A stretch of 64,000 bases of DNA, from contig CAVYTU010000015.1 of NCBI GenBank assembly GCA_963771465.1, positions 704,001-768,000 on the forward strand, in the 5' to 3' direction. This stretch comes from an uncultured delta proteobacterium (GTDB lineage Bacteria; Desulfobacterota; Binatia; UBA9968). The position numbers and the translations under genes were made by a program. Positions 54,822 to 64,000 of the stretch are shown here, one piece after another. The notes beneath the pieces are model-generated. The model was not told the DNA's origin and searched no databases. It saw nothing but the letters and a program-made list of their open reading frames with translations. Position 1 is the stretch's first letter, and every line of letters starts with the position of its first letter.

Positions 54822-55166
54822 CTACAACCCGACTGCTTTCAAAGAATAGAAATCAATGCAGTTGTCGCGCAGGATTAGTTTCTTTACCCGCTCCGAAAGA
54901 TCTTTCCGCGTGCGAAAGTGGGGAATGTCGGCTAAGAATTGATCCAAGGTCGGGCGCTCATGCGGAAAATCTGACGGGTAGAGAATCTTTCTTTCCAAAC
55001 CCAAACCGACGACGTAGGAAAGAATTTTTTCTTCCAGTTCGCAGGAAAAATAAATCGAACCGTCCTTGACGTACTCGCTCGGCGCTTTGGTAAGCAAAGG
55101 CGCCTGCTGCGGCAGCTTTTCATATTTCTCGTCGAGCCGTTCCATCATATAAGGCACCCAGCCGGC
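54822..55166 (-). pseudogene. 5'-truncated amidohydrolase_2 (C-terminal third)
   Basis: AGWVPYMMERLD...PSEY...YFSCE...YPSDFPHE; a stop codon and unrelated DNA lie where FLEAG should be. Confidence 0.8.
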
Positions 55167-55472
55167 GCGTAGTTAGGGATCATTCCAACGTTCATTCACT
55201 TACCCCAGAGTAAAGACTGTGAGCGGATGCTTTTCACTATTCGATAGAGACTCACAATTTAAGCCTTGACAAGATTTGAGGAACGCAAGAGAATCCCTCG
55301 CGGTAACATGAACTTGCATTACCATACTCCTCCGTCGGGTATTAATTTTCCCCTGAAATATTGCTTCCATCTTTCGTGGCACACTCGACATCGTCGTCAT
55401 GCCAAACAACCCACAGTAGGGTGCGGCACTATACTCCTCAATCGTCAGGATCGTTAAGGCGAAATTCGGAAC

Positions 55473-57727
55473 ATGGGCAATCGTAGAGCGCTATTAATCG
55501 GTCCTCACAAGTACGGCGAAGGGTTCGCTCCCTTGCCGGCGGTAAAACATGACGTTGAACTCATGGGTTCCGTACTGGAGGCCTCTGGATATGAGATTGA
55601 GATTTGTCCACAAGATACACTCAGCAACACCGCCACGTTGGACCAAGCCATGCGTGATTTCTGTTCCACCGCTGGCCCGGAAGATACCCGGATTGTGTAT
55701 TTTACCGGACACGGGATACGCGGAGATGATAACGTGGATTCGATTGTTCCAGCGGGAACGACTCGAACGGCCGCGTTTTCCAGTGCGAGTCAGCGGGTAT
55801 CTACCGACCTCAGCAAAACGGTTGCCGCTTCGAAAGTCGGACTTGTGCTGTTCATTATCGATGCCTGTCGTGACAAAGAAGACGTTCCGATAACAAAGGG
55901 CGGTGCCGCATGGGCCGATCCGGAGCGGCTAGCGACACCAGAGGAACATCGGTTCGTCAGGTTTTTAGGCTGTGCCGCTAACGAGGTCTGTCAAATTCTA
56001 CCTTCCGGCTCAGATGAGCCGTCTTTGAGCCTCTTCACAAAGGCTTTTGCCGAAAGCATCTCGGAGTCAGACTGTGTCTCCCTAGAAGAGCTATTGCCGC
56101 ATGTCGAGAGGCGATGTACCGAGCTGCGATCCCAAAGCATCTCTCTGCAACCTCAAAAGCCCCGATTGAGCTATGGTGAGCTTTCAGTCGAAAAACAAAG
56201 GATGCTGCAAAAGCCCATCTTTGACCCCATCGGTCGGGCTGCTCTATCGACCATCTGGGAATCGTTCGATCCCAACAAATTTCACTGCCTCGTAGTTCTA
56301 TCTGAGTACGAGCATCAGAGAGTCTCCGCGCGAGGATTGGAGGATCTCGTTCGTGACGCGATCTCGGGAGAAACCGGCGAGAGAATCTGGAAATCCTTTC
56401 AAACCGCTTGCAACCTTCGGATCCTTGTCTCGGGCAGGCGGAGGACATTGTCTGACGCATACGACCCGTCAGCGGTATCGTTTGGCTCCTTCTCGGTCCT
56501 CGACGCATTTGCAAGCGCCGAAGCTCTCGATAGGGCGGTGCGCGCCATCGTCGAAGCCGATCTCGTTATTTTCGACGTCACCGGTTTCGAGCCAGGCGTG
56601 ATGATGTTCGTCGGGATCCGGTCTGCCTGCTGTAGGTCGCTCAGCATCTGCAGCCACGGAGGCGCATGGAAGGAAGGGAAGCCGCTCGAAGTGCCGTTTA
56701 ACTTGCAGGACCTCAACATCAATTCGCACACGCGCCCCGACGATCCTTCGGCTGGTATGGATCCCGTGGTGGAGCGATTCGTGCGTCGAGTCGAGACCGG
56801 CTTTCATCAGGTAGCCAAACACCCGCGCTATCTGGATCTTCCGGCTTACGACGCATTGAGGCAATTGGGATCGCCTTACGAAGCTTCGTCCACTATTGAT
56901 GTCAGCGATCGGATACTCGTTCTTTGTTCGTATTCGGCAGAATATTGGGACAATTGGGGGGACGTAAGTTCGCGCCTCAAACGGGTGCTCTCAAACAAAA
57001 AGAATTACAAAACGAAGATCGAAAGAATTATCGATTATGGCACGCCTCAGCTGATTTGGCAGGGTCTATACGAGCAAATCCGCCGGACCGCCGGTTGCGT
57101 AGTTGATTGGTCGGAATACAACGCTTCAGTGTTTTTGGAACTCGGCATCAGGCTAGCAGTCAGCGAGTGGGGAGCACTACAGATCATCGATGAAAGGTAT
57201 CTTCCCGGCGGAACAAAAGCGCCGGCATTGACTCAGGTCGAAAAAATGCGCCGCTTATTTAATCCGATTGATATCGCATTCGGGTTAACTCTTCGGATGC
57301 TATTGAAAAGGCATGCGAGGCTCTGCTACAGCGGACTCCGCACCTGGACGAGAACGCCGACTACAACCGCATTCACCGCGTATTGCTTCCGGTGATCGAA
57401 GAAATACAGGAGGCGCAACCCGGGCTCGTCGACGAGCTTAAAAACAAAGCTGACGCTCTCCATCACCCGCAGCAGGGGCGCATGGGAGCACCGCAGATCC
57501 TGTTCCACCGCAGTCGGATCGTGAAACAGAACAGCGAGAAGGCTGCTCTGGAACTGCGCATTGCTGCGTGGCTCTACCTCGAGCACCGCGTGAAAGGCAC
57601 AAGGGTTAAGGAAGATGCCTCTTCACGAAAGCTGTACCACGATCTTGGTCGCACGGTGATCGACGCCATTTACGATCTTGGCGACGATGAATCTTTGCGC
57701 TGGCTGAATTCATCGAAGACCGTCTGA
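55473..57727 (+). CDS. Caspase-like (peptidase C14) protease fused to two NDT/DRHyd-like domains; frameshift at ~57270
   Basis: RRALLIG...YFTGHG...IIDACR dyad; EADLVIFDVTGFEPGVMMFVGIR..PFNLQD; CVVDWSEYNASVFLELGIR; continues as YRIRVNSSDAIEKACEALL..RIHRVLLPVIEE. Confidence 0.8.
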
Positions 57728-58421
57728 CGCAAGTTGTAGAAACCGCCAGGGAATGGCAGGAGCAGGCAAAGTCGTATCGAAAGAAAGGCGATGCCCTGCG
57801 CAAATTTGGGCGGGAAAAGGCTGCCCAGGATGCATATCAGGCTGGAGTTGCAGCCTTAACGAGCGCGCTGCAAATACTTCGCCCAGAACCCGATCCCGTG
57901 TCGTCAATGATTCTCCCTTTGAGTGGAAAGCAGGAAGCGGCACTTGACGAACTTGTCGAAACCTACGGTGCGCGAGGCGGTATGCTGTTACGCCTAGGAG
58001 CTCCAAAAACAGGCTTTATCCAGCTACCTGGCAGGTGCCGAACTTGAAGAACGATTTGCTCGTTCCGGCACGTATAATCGCTTGCAAGCGATCAAAACCG
58101 CATTGCTTACGGGCGACAAACACTTGGAACAGCTTGAATCACAAATTCAGACGCTCGCCACACTGATCGAAACGAACTACGAACGAAAATACATTGAGCG
58201 ACAGCGGTTGGCATGGGCAGATCTCGGCGATTCCTTCGCCTTGCTCGGCAACCCGGACGATGACGCGCAGGGCCTACACGACTTTCATAGCAAAAGCTGA
58301 GATCAAGTCCCCGGAAAGAACACTCGATGTGCTGAAGGAAATTGCGGTAAAACTCGATGAGTCAAAGGATCCTGATGCAATGCGACTGCGGTTAGCATCG
58401 ATGTTTTGGATAGCCGGCTAG
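57691..58421 (+). pseudogene. TPR-like helical region, frameshifted; may be the C-terminus of the caspase protein
   Basis: Reconstructed: VVETAREWQEQAKSYRKKGD...LVETYGARGGMLLRLG / QALSSYLAGAELE..TYNRLQAIK / AWADLGDSFALLG / RRAYTTFIAKA. Confidence 0.55.
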
Positions 58422-58450
58422 CCGAGAAGAAGTTCTCTCAGGAGGCTTAA

Positions 58451-59704
58451 ATGAACGAAACTGACGAACTGTCACAGGCTATTTCGAACACATGGGACCA
58501 GATAATACCGTTACTTGGCGGAGATCGCGAGCTCTTCGAGTGTCAGCTCACCACACTTTTGCGCCGGCTCGATGCTACGGTCGACCAGGGACAAGCTGCA
58601 GTGATCCGATCAATTATTGATTTATTCCAGAAATATGATGCTGCCCACAAACTGCTCCTTAAAGCGATAAGCCAAGCCACTTCCCATCGAAACAAGGGGG
58701 CGGGCGTCCAGGCAGGATTTGTGAAGAAGGATCGGCACTCGATCGTACCAGTGTTCTACGGCACGGATCGCGCCATATCATCAGATACTTCCGTGTCCTC
58801 TCCGGCCGAACGCGGCGATCTAACGTTCGGCATCGCCGACGTGAGTATACCGGATGATCATCGAATGGGAGAAATCAAAAGCCTAACCTTGAAGCTACAA
58901 TTTCGGGAAGATCCGAATAAACACATCGTTGTGCTCAGTCTCGAACCTCTATCGGCCACTTCGTTCGCCGAGCGCGCACGCAACACCTTGAATCGGAGCG
59001 CCAAGAAGGAGGTTCTGCTTTTTGTTCACGGTTACAACGTCAGTTTCAGTGACGCAATCGCCCGCACAGCACAGATCGCCTACGACTTACATTTTGAAGG
59101 CATTCCAGCGCTTTACAGTTGGCCATCGGAGGGAGCGGTACTTAGGTACGCGGTGGACGAGACGAACGTCACCTGGTCTCGCCCGCGGTTTGCGGAGTTT
59201 CTCGCCACAATTAAAGAGAAGTTGGGAGCTGAAACCGTCCATATCATCGCCCATAGCATGGGGAACCGTTTGGTTGCCGAGACTATCGCTACCATGCCAC
59301 CTGCCGCTTCGAATCGAGGTGCTCGCATAAGACAAATCGTGTTCGCGGCGCCGGACATCGATGCCGCGACTTTCAAAGATTTAGCGATTGGCTTTTTGAA
59401 TAAGGCCGAGCGTTTCACGTTGTACGCGTCGTCAAATGACAAAGCTCTCATGATCTCTCGGGGGATTCATAAACACCCACGGGCAGGTGATTCAGGTGTC
59501 GATCTTGTCGTTCTTGACCCCCTCGATACAGTCGACGCGACAGCCATCGACACCAGTTTGTTAGGACACTCCTATTATGGCGATAATCGATCCGTAATAA
59601 CGGACATCTTTGAATTGGTTCGGCGTGGCACGGCGCCGCATGAACGGTTCGGACTCTCCGCCAAAAGCAAGTACGGCGCACGCTATTGGTTATTCAATCC
59701 ATAG
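58451..59704 (+). CDS. DUF900-type alpha/beta hydrolase with an extra N-terminal helical domain
   Basis: GGAGG RBS; VFYGTDR, VSIP..H, LFVHGYNV, YSWPS, IAHSMGNR, AAPDID, YASSND, GHSYY. Confidence 0.9.
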   Translation: MNETDELSQAISNTWDQIIPLLGGDRELFECQLTTLLRRLDATVDQGQAAVIRSIIDLFQKYDAAHKLLLKAISQATSHRNKGAGVQAGFVKKDRHSIVPVFYGTDRAISSDTSVSSPAERGDLTFGIADVSIPDDHRMGEIKSLTLKLQFREDPNKHIVVLSLEPLSATSFAERARNTLNRSAKKEVLLFVHGYNVSFSDAIARTAQIAYDLHFEGIPALYSWPSEGAVLRYAVDETNVTWSRPRFAEFLATIKEKLGAETVHIIAHSMGNRLVAETIATMPPAASNRGARIRQIVFAAPDIDAATFKDLAIGFLNKAERFTLYASSNDKALMISRGIHKHPRAGDSGVDLVVLDPLDTVDATAIDTSLLGHSYYGDNRSVITDIFELVRRGTAPHERFGLSAKSKYGARYWLFNP

Positions 59705-59887
59705 CCGAGCCGGTATTCGCAACGTTATCAGCGTCCGAGCAACTGGTCTTCCTCCAAGCATCGCGAGGCACTAACACATACATTTAGGAACCGACTCAAC
59801 AATCGCAAGCGTTGATGATAAATATAAACGTGTCTCGTCTCTCGATTTGAAGTCCTTCAAAGCAAAACCGACCTGGTTTTCCGCTAT

Positions 59888-61900
59888 TTATTCCAGCAGC
59901 TTTCGCGCATCGAGATGGACAAACGTAGCGCCCGCTATCTTGGGCTCGTTTAATCGTGTCTTCGGTACCGCCTGGCGCCATCGCCCGTGGCGCCGTTCCA
60001 CAACGCAATCAAAGTCAAATGATCCTGCGAAATAGAAAGCGCGTTGTGGAGCATCCAGAGATTGGAACGCTGCCAAATATCGTAATCCTTCTTCGCCCGA
60101 AGCCAGCGGGGCAATCGATCTGAATCGGAAAGAATCTTTGGCTTGAGTTTGTCGTAGAGGCGATTGAAGCGCTCGACCCAATCCGGCCCGCTGTCGCCAC
60201 CGAGGCCTTAATGTAATCGCTCTTTCGGCAAGCACCAGGTACATCTGGCTTGGTAATGTTTAACTCTTCGCAGACTTCGTGAAACAGAATATCGCCGCCG
60301 GACGCGCCGCCGGAAATACCGAGTAATTTCCGTCTTTGATCGCTTCTGCCTCCTTGTCACTGCTTCGAAAATCATCGCCCGCGCCTGCTTCTCCTTTAGC
60401 CGCAGGAAAGCGCGGGCTTTGCGATCCGGAGCGTCGATCGCGATGGCCAGTAAACAAAATCACTCGCGGCGGCGGCTTCCTGATGGCTTTGCACGGCCAC
60501 CGGCGCGATACTTTCGAGACCCGCTTGAATATTTTCCTTTAGAATTCCCGAGACGCTGATAAAGCAACAGTTGCCGTCGCACGGCATCGCGCGCGTGATC
60601 CGACGCATCGGTGAGAGCTTTGTTGTAAGCCTGCGCGACCCGATTCGGTCGTCGTGGAGGTCAAACAAATCAGATCCGCGGTGCTGATGTCGACCCACAC
60701 GTCGGTTTTATCAGTGCGCTGCAACGCGACTTGTTTCGACTCGATCGCGAGCCGAACGCCGGCAGCGAGATCGTTGCGCAACTCTTTGAGCTTCTGCAAT
60801 CTTTGTTGGCATCTTCTTCAGAATCGAAGTTGTCTTGCCAGATGGTTGCTTGACGTTGAGCCAACTCAACCATCATCGTCACCATCGCCAAAGCGTTCAG
60901 GCCCGAGTAAAAATGATTTCGGTCTTCGATAAACCCGGCGCGGTAAAGCTCGAAAGATTTCTCCAAATACTTCGAGGTCAGAGCCGCCTTCTGTGCGGCG
61001 TCAACATGTCGTCAAATGTCGTCCAGCTCTGCTCCCATTGATTCTTGGCGTTTCGCCCTATCAACGCACGAATTTCCGCGCGTCCATTCGCGGAAATCTC
61101 TTGGTTTTGCAGTGCCCGTTCGACGGCGTGATCGGAGCTGACCAGATCGCCAAGGCGTTGAAAGATCGTTCCCAGCATCGTGTTGGCTTCCACGTCCATG
61201 TCGTCATACTCGCGCACCGCCGTCCAAGTGACCTTGGCGCCAGGCCAGTCTTTGAGGCGAAATTGAGCGTTGGCCGATCAGGCGCAAGCCGGCAATCTGC
61301 CAGGCGAAGCCGTCGACCTCGGCAGCCAACAATTGCAGATCACCGCAATTTCTTCGCTGCCTCGACCCGTTCGATCTCTTCGCGAAAATCGAGCGGAACC
61401 ACCAAAACATCCTCCGGATCAGCTGGCTTCAAGGCGGGCAGCAATTGATAAATCGGGCTGTCGGCTTTTTGCGAATCCATAGTGAGTTTGAGCGCCGCAG
61501 CAAGAATGTCCACAGCCCCGCCAGTTGATTTGGATCGTAGACCAGATAACGGTCGGTTTTCAGATCGAACGGCACGTCAGTATCCTTGGCATCACGTTCT
61601 CCCGGTGTGAGCTTGTTTGGATTTGATAAGAAACGTGCGTTTATCGCGCAATGCGTGACGAATGCCTAGTTCGTAAAATGCATTGGCATTGTGTATCGAG
61701 ATGTCGGCAATCACCAGATCGGCGACGAGCAATTGCTCGAACATATCGGTTCGAATGTTGCCTTGCTGTATGAATTCGACGGTGGTGCCGCCAGTCAAGC
61801 CGGCCTGCGCCATTGCCGGGCGAATGAGATCTTTTTCGACTTGATCAAAGTTGATGCCGCTTTTTGTGCCGAATGGACGAACGATAAAAACGTTCTTCAT
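59888..61900 (-). pseudogene. DRHyd/NDT-like - TPR (MAP3K TRAF-binding-like) - SLOG-like protein, many frameshifts (~670 aa reconstructed)
   Basis: GAGGAG RBS; VFIVRPFG..ADLVIADISIHNANAFYELGIRHALR..VPFDLKTDRY; EANTMLGTIFQR, GRNAK, HFYSGLNA; ILFTGHR..PRFP, GGASGGDILFHE, WQRSNLWML, IALWNG..GGTED..LLE*. Confidence 0.8.
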
Positions 61901-61967
61901 GGTCTCACTCCTCATTCCGCTTAGCCGAGCATCTGCGTCAGTCTTGAGAATTGGCCCCTAATTCCAA

Positions 61968-63146
61968 TTAGCAACCGACGAGATCGAAATTCGACGGAAA
62001 ATCCTCGCCGCGAACTTGCTGCTTTGCCGCCCGCGCGCCGACTTCTTGCAACGTTGCCATGTTGGCGGGATCGTCCATCGCGCTCAAGGTTTCGAGCTTG
62101 TGCATGGGGCAGAGCCATACCAAGCGACGTCAGCGAATCACCAGTTAGCAAACATTGTAACGCAGATAAGTGATCAGCGGCGCCGGCGCGATCGAATCAT
62201 TGCGCAAGTCGCCCATCTCCCGATCGATTTCGCGCGCGGTCCGGCTGCGCGACATCCACTGCAGCAAGAGTTCCATCAGATCGGCGCAATCATCCATCAC
62301 CGAGAATCACGCCTTCAACGCATTGTCCGTCGGCCAAGATTGCCGGCGCAATTTTCGGGTCCGCGGCTGCCAGTGCCGACGGAAACCAGCAAGCAACTTG
62401 TCGGCGCCCATCGGCCAACCAATACGGTAGCCATCGAAAGTCGCATACATAACCGCCTGAAGCGCGGGATTATTAAACGGGCTGACGCCGCCATCGACGA
62501 ACTCGCCTGACGGATCTTGCTGATCCAGTTGCCCTGGAGCGATTACGATTTTTTCCGGATTGAAATAGCGCGGCGCCGCCGTGGAAGCGCGCACCACTTG
62601 CCAGAGTGGATATTCGGAATTGGCGCACGACGCTCTGATTCGGTCGCACATCGTAATACCGGCCGCGCGGATTATTCGAGATCGGCCAGGGGCTGCCGCT
62701 ATCGAGTCGCTTGGTGATCACCAGCAACCCGGTCTGCAATCGACGCATCGCCCATTGTCGTATTGGCTGCCATAGACTTCTTTCAGCTCTTTGATCAGTT
62801 GCGCTTCGTCATAGAACGCCCGGACATAGCCGTCGCGAAACCAGCTTTTTTGAAACACTCTTTGCCCGAGGTCGATATACTTTTTGATGATCTCCGCCAC
62901 GCCATGCCGCAGCGCCAACGCCGCCGCAATAATCGCACCGGTGGACGTGCCGGCGATCAGATCGAAATAGTGAGCCAAGCGAAAATCATTGCTGCCACCG
63001 TGCCGCTGTCTGAGCAGCGACTCGATTTCGGCGAGATACGATAAAGTGAGAATACCGCGCAGGCCGCCACCGTCCAAAGCTAAAATGCGCTTCGGGCCGG
63101 CGTCGTTGAAAAAATGTTCGTCACGGTTTCGGATTTTGTAAGCCAC
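61968..63146 (-). pseudogene. Patatin-like phospholipase, frameshifted in the 3' two-thirds
   Basis: AAGGAG RBS, GTG start; RILALDGGGLRG, AGTSTG, VRASTAAPRYF, VDGGVSPFNNP; ends ...FPSNFDLVGC*. Confidence 0.85.
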
Positions 63147-63321
63147 AGCCGTCTCCTTAACTTTGATGCCCTTAGAATATCACTCTTTGAAATTGTTGCG
63201 CAGCTCAATTCCATCGTCAACGGATCATTTCGATTGACACAGAGCACGTGCGGCGGTATGGAAGTCACGGTTTGATTCGGATGAAGCCAGGAGAAGCAAA
63301 TCGGCAAGGAGGACATATTCA

Positions 63322-64000
63322 GTGAATGCCTCATCACCCACGCGCGGATTGATTTTGGCTTGCTTGATCGCCACTTTTGCGATCGGTCTGGCCGAAGTTT
63401 TTGGCCAGACTCAAATTCTTGGCGGCGCCAAAGAACACCAACCGAGTTATGGTGAGCTGCAGGACTTCACGATTCTCTCCTACAGCGATCTCGACGGCTG
63501 GGATCAAGCCGCCGAGTTTCGCGTCAGCAAGGACGGCAAGCACGCTTACATTTCCAATTATCAAGGTTTCAGCATCGTTGACGTAAGTGACCCGTCAAAA
63601 CCGCGTGTGATCTCGAAAGTCAAGAATGATCCCAGCGTGCAGAGCCAGTACATTGATATCCTGGGAAACACTCTAGTCATAAACCAGGACGGGGTTCGCG
63701 ACGAGAAGATCAAAACTTGGGCCGGCGGTATTCGCCTGTACGATATCAGCGATCCGACAAAGCCGCGCGAAGTGGGTTTCTTCAAAACCGACGTTACGCC
63801 GCGGCGCGGGGTCCATGGGTTTTGGCTCCACGAGGATCCAAAACAAGGAAAATTCGCATTCCTCGCGACGACAAAGGAAGGTTACTACGACAATATTCTA
63901 ATGATCATCGATATTAACGACCCAGCCAATCCAAAAGAGGTCGCAAGATGGTGGTTTCCGGGTCAGTGGACCGCAGGAGGTGAAAAACCCGGCGACAACT
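63322..64000 (+). CDS. LVIVD-repeat secreted protein, 3'-partial
   Basis: AGGAGG RBS, GTG start, signal peptide, FSIVDVSDPSKP, IRLYDISDPTKP, LMIIDINDPANP; open to the window end. Confidence 0.85.
   Translation, partial: MNASSPTRGLILACLIATFAIGLAEVFGQTQILGGAKEHQPSYGELQDFTILSYSDLDGWDQAAEFRVSKDGKHAYISNYQGFSIVDVSDPSKPRVISKVKNDPSVQSQYIDILGNTLVINQDGVRDEKIKTWAGGIRLYDISDPTKPREVGFFKTDVTPRRGVHGFWLHEDPKQGKFAFLATTKEGYYDNILMIIDINDPANPKEVARWWFPGQWTAGGEKPGDN

Noticed and set aside
61968-63146. Classical CBASS or Thoeris assignment for the island
   Set aside because: No CD-NTase, SIR2, macro or stand-alone ThsB-like TIR gene is recognisable in the island.

Overview
GC-rich bacterial window. Its gene content (many stand-alone Bug/TctC and NMT1 binding proteins, UbiD, LLM, VOC) resembles Binatota/deltaproteobacterial genomes; this is an inference. 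Layout: (1) 1-5.7 kb is an accessory patch with an apparent integron gene-cassette relic, an orphan PEP-CTERM tail, and a ~0.5 kb duplication around a Bug gene followed by a comDE-like TPP enzyme pair. (2) 5.7-24 kb is a minus-strand core block: MFS, DUF309, mfd, surA-like, pdxA, PMM/PGM, a UvrA lacking the insertion domain, a hybrid iscS-iscA-sufB-nifS-Rrf2 Fe-S cluster and an LpxL-like gene. (3) 24-55 kb holds catabolic and transport genes, a TIR-TM-Ig-TPR protein and several families of short intergenic repeats. (4) 55.2-63.2 kb is the most interesting part, a candidate nucleotide-signalling/defence island. On +: caspase-like protease with two tandem NDT/DRHyd-like domains, a TPR region, and a DUF900 hydrolase with an extra N-terminal domain. 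Convergent on -: patatin followed by a DRHyd-TPR-SLOG protein. Many island genes are broken by single-base indels and were reconstructed by eye across frames; the indels may be long-read errors. No rRNA, tRNA or CRISPR array was seen. All family calls come from motif recognition, not database searches.
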